Part shown: in pieces, positions 40,653 through 55,041 of the stretch
Layout: each line of letters begins with the position of its first letter
Position numbering within the stretch: the stretch's first letter is position 1
NCBI GenBank assembly: GCA_043228905.1
Contig: JBHGNT010000033.1
Location: 186,001 to 250,000, forward strand
Length of the DNA stretch: 64,000 bases
Direction of reading: 5' to 3'
Source of the DNA: Azolla caroliniana
Taxonomy: Eukaryota > Plantae > Polypodiophyta
The notes under the pieces: model-generated
Databases searched by the model: none
Told to the model about the DNA's origin: nothing
What the model saw: only the letters and a program-made list of their open reading frames with translations
Program-made: the position numbers and the translations under genes

Positions 40653-41969
40653 ATATCGGATTTTTGTGTTGAAACATGCGTATCGAAGCTAACAACGCTA
40701 GCTATGATATGGAATTAAAAAATCAAGATTTTGAAACTCAGGTCGAGAGACATGAAGAAATTAGCAAATTTGAGGAGGGACTTGAGAAGAGCGCGTGAGC
40801 AAATTAAAATGTTCATACCTGACTCGGGTGATATCGGATTTTTGTGTACAAACATGCGAATCGAAGCTAACAACGCTAGCTATAATATAGAATTAAAAAA
40901 ACAAGATTCTGAAACTCAGGTCGAGAGACATGAAAAAATTAGAAAATTTGAGGAGGGACTTGAGAAGAGCGCGTGAGTCAATTAAAATGTTCATACCTGG
41001 CTCGTGTGATATCGGATTTTTGTGTTCAAACATGCGTATCGAAGCTAACAACGCTAGCTATGATATCGAATTAAAAAATCGAGATTTTGAAACTCAGGTC
41101 GAGAGACATGACGAAATTAGAAAATTTGAGGAGGGACTTGAGAAGAGCGCGTGAGTCAATTAAAATGTTCATATCTGTGTCGTGTGATATCGGATTTTTG
41201 TGTTCAAACATGCGTATCGAAGCTAACAACGCTAGCTATGATATCGAATTAAAAAATCAAGATTTTGAAACTCAGGTCGAGAGACGTGAAGAAATTAGCA
41301 AATTTGAGGAGGGACTTGAGAAGAGCGCGTGAGCAAATTAAAATGTTCATACCTGGCTCGTGTGATATCGGATTTTTGTGTTCAAACATGCGTATCGAAG
41401 CTAACAACTCTAGCTATGATATTGAATTAGAAAATCGAGATTTTGATACTCAGGTCGAGAGACATGACGAAATTAGCAAATTTGAGCAGGGCCTTGAGAA
41501 GAGCCCGTGACTAAATTAAAATGTTCATACCTGGCTCGTGTGATATCGGATTTTTGTGTTCAAACATGCGTATCGAAGCTAACAATGCTAGCTATGATAT
41601 AGATTTAAAAAATCAAGATTTCGAAACTCAGGTCCAGAGACATGAAGAAATTAACCAATTTGAGGAGGTACTTGAGAAGAGCCCGTGAGTCTATTATAAT
41701 GTTCATACCTGGCTCGTGTGATATCGGATTTTTGTGTTCAAACATGCGTATCGAAGCTAACAACGCTAGCTATGATATAGAATTAAAAAAACCAGATTTT
41801 GAAACTTAGGTCGAGAGACATGACGAAATTAGCAAATTTGAGGAGGGACTTGAGAAGAGCGCGTGAGTCAATTAAAATGTTCATACCTGGCTCGTGTGAT
41901 ATCGGATTTTTGTGTTGAAACATGCGTATCGAAGCTAACAACGCTAGCTATGATATGGAATTAAAAAAT

Positions 41970-44110
41970 CCAGATTTTGAAACTCAGGTCGAGAGACATG
42001 ACGAAATTAGCAAATTTGAGGAGGGACTTGAGAAGAGCGCGTGAGCAAATTAAAATGTTCATACCTGACTCGGGTGATATCGGATTTTTGTGTACAAACA
42101 TGCGAATCGAACCTAACAACGCTAGCTATAATATAGAATTAAAAAAACAAGATTCTGAAACTCAGGTCGAGAGACATGAAAAAATTAGAAAATTTGAGGA
42201 GGGACTTGAGAAGAGCCAGTGAGTCAATTAAAATGTTCATACCTGGCTCGTGTGATATCGGATTTTTGTGTTCAAACATGCGTATCGAAGCTAACAACAC
42301 TAGCTATGATATCGAATTAAAAAATCGAGATTCTGAAACTCAGGTCGATTGACATGAAGAAATTAGAAAATTTGAGGAGGGACTTGAGAAGAGCGCGTGA
42401 GTCAATTAAAATGTTCATACCTGTGTCGTGTGATATCGGATTTTTGTGTTCAAACATGCGTATCGAAGCTAACAACGCTAGCTATGATATCGAATTAAAA
42501 AATCAAGATTTTGAAACTCAGGTCGGGAGACGTGAAGAAATTAGCAAATTTGAGGAGGGACTTGAGAAGAGCGCGTGAGCAAATTAAAATGTTCATACCT
42601 GGCTCGTGTGATATCGGATTTTTGTGTTCAAACATGCGTATCGAAGCTAACAACGCTAGCTATGATATTGAATTAGAAAATCGAGATTTTGATACTCAGG
42701 TCGAGAGACATGACGAAATTAGCAAATTTGAGCAGGGCCTTGAGAAGAGCCCGTGACTAAATTAAAATGTTCATACCTGGCTCGTGTGATATCGGATTTT
42801 TGTGTTCAAACATGCGTATCGAAGCTAACAACGCTAGCTATGATATTGAATTAGAAAATCGAGATTATGATACTCAGGTCGAGAGACATGACGAAATTAG
42901 CAAATTTGAGCAGGGCCTTGAGAAGAGCCCGTGACTAAATTAAAATGTTCATACCTGGCTCGTGTGATATCGGATTTTTGTGTTCAAACATGCGTATCGA
43001 AGCTAACAACGCTAGCTATAATATAGATTTAAAAAATCAAGATTTCGAAACTCAGGTCCAGAGACATGAAGAAATTAACCAATTTGAGGAGGTACTTGAG
43101 AAGAGCCCGTGAGTCTATTATAATGTTCATACCTGGCTCGTGTGATATCGGATTTTTGTGTTCAAACATGCGTATCGAAGCTAACAACGCTAGCTATGAT
43201 ATAGAATTAAAAAATCGAGATTTTGAAACTCAGGTCGAGAGACATGACGAAATTAGCAAATTTGAGGAGGGACTTGAGAAGAGCGCGTGAGTCAATTAAA
43301 ATGTTCATACCTGGCTCGTGTGATATCGGATTTTTGTGTTCAAACATGCGTATCGAAGCTAACAACGCTAGCTATGATATAGAATTAAAAAATCGAGATT
43401 TCGAAACTCAGGTCGAGAGACATGACGAAATTAGCAAATTTGAGGAGGGACTTGAGAAGAGCGCGTGAGTCAATTAAAATGTTCATACCTGGCTCGTGTG
43501 ATATCGGATTTTTGTGTTCAAACATGCGTATCGAATCTAACAACGCTAGCTATGATATAGAATTAAAAAATGGAGATTTTGAAACTCAGGTCGAGAGACA
43601 TGAAGAAATTAGCAAATTTGACGAGGGACTTGAGAAGAGCGCCTGAGTCAATTAAAATGTTCATACCTGCCTCGTGTGATATCGGATTTTTGTGTTCAAA
43701 CATGCGGTATCGAAGCTATCAAAGCTAGCTATGATATCGAATTAAAAAATCAAGATATTGAAACTCAGGTCGAGAGACATGAAGAAATTAGCAAATTTGA
43801 GGAGGGACTTGAGAAGAGCGCGTGAGCAAATTTAAATATTCATACCTGGCTCGTGTGATATCGGATTTTTGTGTTTAAACATGCGTATCGAAGCTAACAA
43901 CGCTAGCTATGATATCGAATTAAAAAATCAAGATTTTGAAACTCAGGTCGAGAGACATGAAGAAATTAGAAAATTTGAGGAAGTACTTGAGAGGAGCGTG
44001 TGAGTCAATTAAAATGTTCATACCTGTGTCGTGTGATATCGGATTTTTGTGTTCAAACATGCGTATCGAAGCTAACAACGCTAGCTATGATCTAGAATTA
44101 AAAAATCAAG
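41970..44110 (+). repeat. Dispersed copy of ~21.6-23.0 kb and ~23.8-24.6 kb, lacking the five intervening monomers
   Basis: ORF offsets are 20,362 (21615/41977, 21992/42354, 22149/42511, 22704/43066) and then 19,472 (23950/43422, 24464/43936); the difference is 890 = 5x178. Confidence 0.85.
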
Positions 44111-44149
44111 ATTTTGAAAGTGAGGCCGAGAGACATGAAGAAATTAGCA

Positions 44150-47100
44150 AATTTGAGGAGGCACTTTAGAAGAGCTCGTGACTAAATTAAAATGTTCATA
44201 CCTGGGTCGTGTGATATCGGATTTTTGTGTTCAAACATGCGTATCGAAGCTAACAACGCTAGCTATTATATCGAATTAAAAAATCAAGATTTTGAAACTC
44301 AGGTCGAGAGACATGAAGAAATTAGCAAATTTGAGGAGGGACTTTAGAAGAGCGCGTGAGCAAATTAAAGTGTTCATACCTGGCTCGTGTGATATCGGAT
44401 TTTTGTGTTCAAACATGCGTATCGAAGCTAACAACGCTAGCTATGATATAGAATTAAAAAATCAAGATTTCGAAACTCAGGTCCAGAGACATGAAGAAAT
44501 TAACCAATTTGAGGAGGTACTTGAGAAGAGCCCGTGAGTCTATTATAATGTTCATACCTGGCTCGTGTGATATCGGATTTTTGTGTTCAAACATGCGTAT
44601 CGAAGCTAACAACACTAGCTATGATATCGAATTAAAAAATCGAGATTCTGAAACTCAGGTCGAGAGACATGAAGAAATTAGAAAATTTGAGGAGGGACTT
44701 TAGAAGAGCTCGTGACTAAATTAAAATGTTCATACCTGGCTCGTGTGATATCGGATTTTTGTGTTCAAACATGCGTATCGAAGCTAACAACGCTAGCTAT
44801 GATATCGAATTAAAAAATCTAGATTTTGAAACTCAGGTCGAGAGATATGATGAAATTAGCATATTTGAGGAGGTAGTGGAGAAGAGCCTGTTAGGAAATA
44901 AAAATGTTCATACCTGGCTCGTGTGATATCGGATTTTTGTGTTCAAACATGCGTATCGAAGCTAACAACGCTAGCTATGATATAGAATTAAAAAATCAAG
45001 ATTCTGAAACTCAGGTCGATAGACATGAAGAAATTAGCAAATTTGAGGAGGGACTTGAGAAGAGCGCGTGAGTCAATTAAAATGTTCATACCTGACTCGT
45101 GTGATATCGGATTTTTGTGTTCAAACATGCGTATCGAAGCTAACAACGCTAGCTATGATCTAGAATTAAAAAATCAAGATTTTGAAAGTCAGGCCGACAG
45201 ACATGAAGAAATTAGCAAATTTGAGGAGGGACTTGAGAAGATCTCGTGACTAAATTAAAATGTTCATACCTGGCTCGTGTGCTATCGTATTTTTGTGTTC
45301 AAACATGCGTATCGAAGCTAACAACGCTAGCTATGATATAGAATTAAAAAATCCAGATTTTGAAACTCAGGTCGAGAGACATGACGAAATTAGCAAATTT
45401 GAGGAGGGACTTGAGAAAAGCGCGTGAGCAAATTAAAATGTTCATACCTGACTCGGGTGATATCGGATTTTTGTGTACAAACATGCGAATCGAAGCTAAC
45501 AATGCTAGCTATAATATAGAATTAAAAAAACAAGATTCTGAAACTCAGGTCGAGAGACATGAAAAAATTAGAAACTTTGAGGAGGGACTTGAGAAGAGCC
45601 AGTGAGTCAATTAAAATGTTCATACCTGGCTCGTGTGATATCGGATTTTTGTGTTCAAACATGCGTATCGAAGCTAACAACACTAGCTATGATATCGAAT
45701 TAAAAAATCGAGATTCTGAAACTCAGGTCGAGAGACATGAATAAATTAGAAAATTTGAGGAGGGACTTGAGAAGAGCGCGTGAGTCAATTAAAATGTTCA
45801 TATCTGTGTCGTGTGATATCGGATTTTTGTGTTCAAACATGCGTATCGAAGCTAACAACGCTAGCTATGATATCGAATTAAAAAATCAAGATTTTGAAAC
45901 TCAGGTCGAGAGACGTGAAGAAATTAGCAAATTTGAGGAGGGACTTGAGAAGAGCGCGTGAGCAAATTAAAATGTTCATACCTGGCTCGTGTGATATCGG
46001 ATTTTTGTGTTCAAACATGCGTATCGAAGCTAACAACTCTAGCTATGATATTGAATTAGAAAATCGAGATTTTGATACTCAGGTCGAGAGACATGACGAA
46101 ATTAGCAAATTTGAGCAGGGCCTTGAGAAGAGCCCGTGACTAAATTAAAATGTTCATACCTGGCTCGTGTGATATCGGATTTTTGTGTTCAAACATGCGT
46201 ATCGAAGCTAACAATGCTAGCTATGATATAGATTTAAAAAATCAAGATTTCGAAACTCAGGTCCAGAGACATGAAGAAATTAACCAATTTGAGGAGGTAC
46301 TTGAGAAGAGCCCGTGAGTCTATTATAATGTTCATACCTGGCTCGTGTGATATCGGATTTTTGTGTTCAAACATGCGTATCGAAGCTAACAACGCTAGCT
46401 ATGATATAGAATTAAAAAATCCAGATTTTGAAACTTAGGTCGAGAGACATGACGAAATTAGCAAATTTGAGGAGGGACTTGAGAAGAGCGCGTGAGTCAA
46501 TTAAAATGTTCATACCTGGCTCGTGTGATATCGGATTTTTGTGTTGAAACATGCGTATCGAAGCTAACAACGCTAGCTATGATATGGAATTAAAAAATCA
46601 AGATTTTGAAACTCAGGTCGAGAGACATGAAGAAATTAGCAAATTTGAGGAGGGACTTGAGAAGAGCGCGTGAGCAAATTAAAATGTTCATACCTGACTC
46701 GGGTGATATCGGATTTTTGTGTACAAACATGCGAATCGAAGCTAACAACGCTAGCTATAATATAGAATTAAAAAAACAAGATTCTGAAACTCAGGTCGAG
46801 AGACATGAAAAAATTAGAAAATTTGAGGAGGGACTTGAGAAGAGCGCGTGAGTCAATTAAAATGTTCATACCTAGCTCGTGTGATATCGGATTTTTGTGT
46901 TCAAACATGCGTATCGAAGCTAACAACGCTAGCTATGATATCGAATTAAAAAATCGAGATTTTGAAACTCAGGTCGAGAGATATGATGAAATTAGCATAT
47001 TTGAGGAGGTAGTGGAGAAGAGCCCGTTAGGAAATAAAAATGTTCATACCTGGCTCGTGTGATATCGGATTTTTGTGTTCAAACATGCGTATCGAAGCTA

Positions 47101-48720
47101 ACAACGCTAGCTATGATATAGATTTAAAAAATCAGGATTCTGAAACTCAGGTCGATAGACATGAAGAAATTAGCAAATTTGAGGAGGGACTTGAGAAGAG
47201 CGCGTGAGTCAATTAAAATGTTCATACCTGACTCGTGTGATATCGGATTTTTGTGTTCAAACATGCGTATCGAAGCTAACAACGCTAGCTATGATCTAGA
47301 ATTAAAAAATGAAGATTTTGAAAGTCAGGCCGACAGACATGAAGAAATTAGCAAATTTGAGGAGGGACTTGAGAAGATCTCGTGACTAAATTAAAATGTT
47401 CATACCTGGCTCGTGTGCTATCGTATTTTTGTGTTCAAACATGCATATCGAAGCTAACAACGCTAGCTATGATATAGATTTAAAAAATCGAGATATTGAA
47501 ACTCAGGTCGAGAGACATGAAGAAATTAGCAAATTTGACGAGGGACTTGAGAAGAGCGCGTGAGTCAATTAAAATGTTCATACCTGGCTCGTGTGATATC
47601 GGATTTTTGTGTTCAAACATGAGGTATCGAAGCTATCAAAGCTAGCTATGATATCGAATTAAAAAATCAAGATATTGAAACTCAGGTCGAGAGACATGAA
47701 GAAATTAGCAAATTTGAGGAGGGACTTGAGAAGAGCGCGTGAGCAAATTTAAATATTCATACCTGGCTCGTGTGATATCGGATTTTTGTGTTCAAACATG
47801 CGTATCGAAGCTAACAACGCTAGCTATGATATAGAATTAAAAAATCAAGATTTTGAAACTCAGGTCGAGAGACATGAAGAAATTAGCAAATTTGAGGAGG
47901 GACTTGAGAAGATCTCGTGACTAAATTAAAATGTTCATACCTGGCTCGTGTGCTATCGTATTTTTGTGTTCAAACATGCATATCGAAGCTAACAACGCTA
48001 GCTATGATATAGATTTAAAAAATCGAGATATTGAAACTCAGGTCGAGAGACATGAAGAAATTAGCAAATTTGACGAGGGACTTGAGAAGAGCGCGTGAGT
48101 CAATTAAAATGTTCATACCTGGCTCGTGTGATATCGGATTTTTGTGTTCAAACATGCGGTATCGAAGCTATCAAAGCTAGCTATGATATCGAATTAAAAA
48201 ATCAAGATATTGAAACTCAGGTCGAGAGACATGAAGAAATTAGCAAATTTGAGGAGGGACTTGAGAAGAGCGCGTGAGCAAATTTAAATATTCATACCTG
48301 GCTCGTGTGATATCGGATTTTTGTGTTCAAACATGCGTATCGAAGCTAACAACGCTAGCTATGATATCGAATTAAAAAATCGAGATTTTGAAACTCAGGT
48401 CGAGAGATATGATGAAATTAGCAAATTTGAGGATGGACTTAAAAAGAGCCCGTGAGTGAATTAAAATCCTCATACCTAGCTTGTGTGCTATCGGATTTTT
48501 GTGTTCAAACATGCGTATCGAAGCTAACAACACTAGCTATGATATCGAATTAAAAAATCGAGATTCTGAAACTCAGGTCGAGAGACATGAAGAAATTAGA
48601 AAATTTGAGGAGGTACTTGAGAAGAGCGTGTGAGTGAATTATAATGTTCATACCTGGCTCGTGTGATATCGGATTTTTGTGTTCAAACATGCGTATCGAA
48701 GCTAACAACGCTAGCTATGA
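44150..48720 (+). repeat. Dispersed copy of ~5.8-10.2 kb with one extra monomer
   Basis: ORF offsets are 38,344 (5948/44292 through 7550/45894) and then 38,522 (8084/46606, 8639/47161, 9573/48095). Confidence 0.88.
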
Positions 48721-51700
48721 TATAGAATTAAAAAAACCAGATTTTGAAACTTAGGTCGAGAGACATGACGAAATTAGCAAATTTGAGGAGGGACTTGAGA
48801 AGAGCGCGTGAGTCAATTAAAATGTTCATACCTGGCTCGTGTGATATCGGATTTTTGTGTTGAAACATGCGTATCGAAGCTAACAACGCTAGCTATGATA
48901 TGGAATTAAAAAATCAAGATTTTGAAACTCAGGTCGAGAGACATGAAGAAATTAGCAAATTTGAGGAGGGACTTGAGAAGAGCGCGTGAGCAAATTAAAA
49001 TGTTCATACCTGACTCGGGTGATATCGGATTTTTGTGTACAAACATGCGAATCGAAGCTAACAACGCTAGCTATAATATAGAATTAAAAAAACAAGATTC
49101 TGAAACTCAGGTCGAGAGACATGAAAAAATTAGAAAATTTGAGGAGGGACTTGAGAAGAGCGCGTGAGTCAATTAAAATGTTCATACCTGGCTCGTGTGA
49201 TATCGGATTTTTGTGTTCAAACATGCGTATCGAAGCTAACAACGCTAGCTATGATATCGAATTAAAAAATCGAGATTTTGAAACTCAGGTCGAGAGACAT
49301 GACGAAATTAGAAAATTTGAGGAGGGACTTGAGAAGAGCGCGTGAGTCAATTAAAATGTTCATATCTGTGTCGTGTGATATCGGATTTTTGTGTTCAAAC
49401 ATGCGTATCGAAGCTAACAACGCTAGCTATGATATCGAATTAAAAAATCAAGATTTTGAAACTCAGGTCGAGAGACGTGAAGAAATTAGCAAATTTGAGG
49501 AGGGACTTGAGAAGAGCGCGTGAGCAAATTAAAATGTTCATACCTGGCTCGTGTGATATCGGATTTTTGTGTTCAAACATGCGTATCGAAGCTAACAACT
49601 CTAGCTATGATATTGAATTAGAAAATCGAGATTTTGATACTCAGGTCGAGAGACATGACGAAATTAGCAAATTTGAGCAGGGCCTTGAGAAGAGCCCGTG
49701 ACTAAATTAAAATGTTCATACCTGGCTCGTGTGATATCGGATTTTTGTGTTCAAACATGCGTATCGAAGCTAACAATGCTAGCTATGATATAGATTTAAA
49801 AAATCAAGATTTCGAAACTCAGGTCCAGAGACATGAAGAAATTAACCAATTTGAGGAGGTACTTGAGAAGAGCCCGTGAGTCTATTATAATGTTCATACC
49901 TGGCTCGTGTGATATCGGATTTTTGTGTTCAAACATGCGTATCGAAGCTAACAACGCTAGCTATGATATAGAATTAAAAAAACCAGATTTTGAAACTTAG
50001 GTCGAGAGACATGACGAAATTAGCAAATTTGAGGAGGGACTTGAGAAGAGCGCGTGAGTCAATTAAAATGTTCATACCTGGCTCGTGTGATATCGGATTT
50101 TTGTGTTGAAACATGCGTATCGAAGCTAACAACGCTAGCTATGATATGGAATTAAAAAATCAAGATTTTGAAACTCAGGTCGAGAGACATGAAGAAATTA
50201 GCAAATTTGAGGAGGGACTTGAGAAGAGCGCGTGAGCAAATTAAAATGTTCATACCTGACTCGGGTGATATCGGATTTTTGTGTACCAACATGCGAATCG
50301 AAGCTAACAACGCTAGCTATAATATAGAATTAAAAAAACAAGATTCTGAAACTCAGGTCGAGAGACATGAAAAAATTAGAAAATTTGAGGAGGGACTTGA
50401 GAAGAGCGCGTGAGTCAATTAAAATGTTCATACCTAGCTCGTGTGATATCGGATTTTTGTGTTCAAACATGCGTATCGAAGCTAACAACGCTAGCTATGA
50501 TATCGAATTAAAAAATCGAGATTTTGAAACTCAGGTCGAGAGATATGATGAAATTAGCATATTTGAGGAGGTAGTGGAGAAGAGCCCGTTAGGAAATAAA
50601 AATGTTCATACCTGGCTCGTGTGATATCGGATTTTTGTGTTCAAACATGCGTATCGAAGCTAACAACGCTAGCTATGATATAGATTTAAAAAATCAGGAT
50701 TCTGAAACTCAGGTCGATAGACATGAAGAAATTAGCAAATTTGAGGAGGGACTTGAGAAGAGCGCGTGAGTCAATTAAAATGTTCATACCTGACTCGTGT
50801 GATATCGGATTTTTGTGTTCAAACATGCGTATCGAAGCTAACAACGCTAGCTATGATCTAGAATTAAAAAATGAAGATTTTGAAAGTCAGGCCGACAGAC
50901 ATGAAGAAATTAGCAAATTTGAGGAGGGACTTGAGAAGATCTCGTGACTAAATTAAAATGTTCATACCTGGCTCGTGTGCTATCGTATTTTTGTGTTCAA
51001 ACATGCATATCGAAGCTAACAACGCTAGCTATGATATAGATTTAAAAAATCGAGATATTGAAACTCAGGTCGAGAGACATGAAGAAATTAGCAAATTTGA
51101 CGAGGGACTTGAGAAGAGCGCGTGAGTCAATTAAAATGTTCATACCTGGCTCGTGTGATATCGGATTTTTGTGTTCAAACATGAGGTATCGAAGCTATCA
51201 AAGCTAGCTATGATATCGAATTAAAAAATCAAGATATTGAAACTCAGGTCGAGAGACATGAAGAAATTAGCAAATTTGAGGAGGGACTTGAGAAGAGCGC
51301 GTGAGCAAATTTAAATATTCATACCTGGCTCGTGTGATATCGGATTTTTGTGTTCAAACATGCGTATCGAAGCTAACAACGCTAGCTATGATATAGAATT
51401 AAAAAATCAAGATTTTGAAACTCAGGTCGAGAGACATGAAGAAATTAGCAAATTTGAGGAGGGACTTGAGAAGATCTCGTGACTAAATTAAAATGTTCAT
51501 ACCTGGCTCGTGTGCTATCGTATTTTTGTGTTCAAACATGCATATCGAAGCTAACAACGCTAGCTATGATATAGATTTAAAAAATCGAGATATTGAAACT
51601 CAGGTCGAGAGACATGAAGAAATTAGCAAATTTGACGAGGGACTTGAGAAGAGCGCGTGAGTCAATTAAAATGTTCATACCTGGCTCGTGTGATATCGGA

Positions 51701-52939
51701 TTTTTGTGTTCAAACATGCGGTATCGAAGCTATCAAAGCTAGCTATGATATCGAATTAAAAAATCAAGATATTGAAACTCAGGTCGAGAGACATGAAGAA
51801 ATTAGCAAATTTGAGGAGGGACTTGAGAAGAGCGCGTGAGCAAATTTAAATATTCATACCTGGCTCGTGTGATATCGGATTTTTGTGTTCAAACATGCGT
51901 ATCGAAGCTAACAACGCTAGCTATCATATCGAATTAAAAAATCGAGATTTTGAAACTCAGGTCGAGAGATATGATGAAATTAGCAAATTTGAGGATGGAC
52001 TTAAGAAGAGCCCGTGAGTGAATTAAAATCCTCATACCTAGCTTGTGTGCTATCGGATTTTTGTGTTGAAACATGCGTATCGAAGCTAACAACACTAGCT
52101 ATGATATCGAATTAAAAAATCGAGATTCTGAAACTCAGGTCGAGAGACATGAAGAAATTAGAAAATTTGAGGAGGTACTTGAGAAGAGCGTGTGAGTGAA
52201 TTATAATGTTCATACCTGGCTCGTGTGATATCGGATTTTTGTGTTCAAACATGCGTATCGAAGCTAACAACGCTAGCTATGATATACAATTAAAAAATGA
52301 AGATTTTGAAACTCAGGTCGAGAACCATGAAGAAATTAGAAAATTTGAGGAGGGACTTGAGAAGAGCGCGTGAGTCAATTAAAATGTTCATACCTGGCTC
52401 GTGTGATATCGGATTTTTGTGTACAAACATGCGAATCGAAGCTAACAACGCTAGCTATAATATAGAATTAAAAAAACAAGATTTTGAAACTCAGGTCGAG
52501 AGACATGAAGAAATTAGCAAATTTGAGGAGGGACTTGAGAAGAGCGCGTGAGTCAATTAAAATGTTCATACCTGGCTCGTGTGATATCGGATTTTTGTGT
52601 TCAAACATGCGTATCGAAGCTAACAACGCTAGCTATGATATAGAATTAAAAAATCAAGATTCTGAAACTCAGGTCGATAGACATGAAGAAATTAGCAAAT
52701 TTGAGGAGGGACTTGAGAAGAGCGCGTGAGTCAATTAAAATGTTCATACCTGACTCGTGTGATATCGGATTTTTGTGTTCAAACATGCGTATCGAAGCTA
52801 ACAACGCTAGCTATGATCTAGAATTAAAAAATGAAGATTTTGAAAGTCAGGCCGACAGACATGAAGAAATTAGCAAATTTGAGGAGGGACTTGAGAAGAT
52901 CTCGTGACTAAATTAAAATGTTCATACCTGGCTCGTGTG
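46587..52939 (+). repeat. Second copy of the 34.3-40.65 kb block
   Basis: Marker CCTCATACCTAGCTTG at 48,468 and 52,030 versus 36,181 and 39,743 (both offsets 12,287). Confidence 0.92.
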
Positions 52940-54610
52940 CTATCGTATTTTTGTGTTCAAACATGCGTATCGAAGCTAACAACGCTACCTATGATATAGA
53001 TTTAAAAAATCGAGATTTTTATACTAAGGTCGAGAGACATGAAGAAATTAGCAAATTTGACGAGGGACGTGAGAAGAGCGCGTGAGTCAATTAAAATGTT
53101 CATACCTGGCTCGTGTGATATCGGATTTTTGTGTTCAAACATGCGGTATCGAAGCTAATAACGCTAGCGATGATATAGAATTAAAAAATCAAGTTTTTGA
53201 AACTCAGGTCGAGAGACATGAAGAAATTAGCAAATTTGAGGAGGGACTTGAGAAGAGCGCGTGAGCAAATTTAAATATTCATACCTGGCTCGTGTGATAT
53301 CGGATTTTTGTGTTCAAACATGCGTATCGAAGCTAACAACGCTAGCTATGATATCGAATTAAAAAATCGAGATTTTGAAACTCAGGTCGAGAGACATGAC
53401 GAAATTAGCAAATTTGAGGAGGGACTTGAGAAGAGCGCGTGAGCAAATTAAAATGTTCATACCTGACTCGGGTGATATCGAATTATTGTGTACAAACATG
53501 CGAATCGAAGCTAATAACGCTAGCTATAATATAGAATTAAAAAAACAAGATTTTGAAACTCAGGTCGAGAGACATGAAGAAATTAGCAAATTTGAGGAGG
53601 GACTTGAGAAGAGCGCGTGAGTCAATTAAAATATTCATACCTGACTCGTGTGATATCGGATTTTTGTGTTCAAACATGCGTATCGAAGCTAACAACGCTA
53701 GCTATGATCTAGAATTAAAAAATGAAGATTTTGAAAGTCAGGCCGACAGACATGAAGAAATTAGCAAATTTGAGGAGGGACTTGAGAAGATCTCGTGACT
53801 AAATTAAAATGTTCATACCTGGCTCGTGTGCTATCGTATTTTTGTGTTCAAACATGCGTATCGAAGCTAACAACGCTAGCTATGATATAGATTTAAAAAA
53901 TCGAGATTTTTATACTAAGGTCGAGAGACATGAAGAAATTAGCAAATTTGACGAGGGACTTGAGAAGAGCGCGTGAGTCAATTAAAATGTTCATACCTGG
54001 CTCGTGTGATATCGGATTTTTGTGTTCAAACATGCGGTATCGAAGCTAACAACGCTAGCGATGATATAGAATTAAAAAATCAAGTTTTTGAAACTCAGGT
54101 CGAGAGACATGAAGAAATTAGCAAATTTGAGGAGGGACTTGAGAAGAGCGCGTGAGCAAATTTAAATATTCATACCTGGCTCGTGTGATATCGGATTTTT
54201 GTGTTCAAACATGCGTATCGAAGCTAACAACGCTAGCTATGATATCGAATTAAAAAATCGAGATTTTGAAACTCAGGTCGAGAGACATGACGAAATTAGC
54301 AAATTTGAGGAGGGACTTGAGAAGAGCGCGTGAGCAAATTAAAATGTTCATACCTGACTCGGGTGATATCGAATTTTTGTGTACAAACATGCGAATCGAA
54401 GCTAACAACGCTAGCTATAATATAAAATTAAAAAAACAAGATTTTGAAACTCAGGTCGAGAGACATGACGAAATTAGCAAATTTGAGGCGGGACTTGAGA
54501 AGAGCGCGTGAGTCAATTAAAATATTCATACCTGACTCGTGTGATATCGGATTTTTGTGTTCAAACATGCGTATCGAAGCTAACAACGCTAGCTATGATC
54601 TAGAATTAAA
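52740..54610 (+). repeat. 5-mer tandem repeat (891 bp = 5x178+1), 2 copies
   Basis: ORF pairs 53082/53973, 53375/54266 and 53553/54444; marker GATTTTTATACTAAGG. Confidence 0.88.
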
Positions 54611-55041
54611 AAATCAAGATTTTGAAAGTGAGGCCGAGAGACATGAAGAAATTAGCAAATTTGAGGAGGCACTTTAGAAGAGCTCGTGACTAAATTAAAA
54701 TGTTCATACCTGGGTCGTGTGATATCGGATTTTTGTGTTCAAACATGCGTATCGAAGCTAACAACGCTAGCTATGATATCGAATTAAAAAATCAAGATTT
54801 TGAAACTCAGGTCGAGAGACATGAAGAAATTAGCAAATTTGAGGAGGGACTTGAGAAGAGCGCGTGAGCAAATTAAAGTGTTCATACCTGGCTCGTGTGA
54901 TATCGGATTTTTGTGTTCAAACATGCGTATCGAAGCTAACAACGCTAGCTATGATATAGAATTAAAAAATCAAGATTTCGAAACTCAGGTCGAGAGACAT
55001 GAAGAAATTAACCAATTTGAGGAGGTACTTGAGAAGAGCCC

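Larger units (their letters stand above)
1..55040 (+). repeat. Monomer subfamily A domain (apart from the B island at ~1.85-2.56 kb)
   Basis: Monomers mostly carry GAGGGACTTGAGAAGAGCGCGTGAGTCAATTAAAATG. Variants essentially restricted to this domain include CCTGACTC, CCTGTGTC, GATATCGAATT, GATTCTGAA, GAAAGTCAGGCCGAC and CATGCGGTATC. Confidence 0.85.

Noticed and set aside
1800-52940. Apparent clustering of block breakpoints in the conserved core of the monomer (recombination hotspot)
   Set aside because: Breakpoints can only be placed between diagnostic SNPs, so the SNP-poor core collects them by ascertainment bias.
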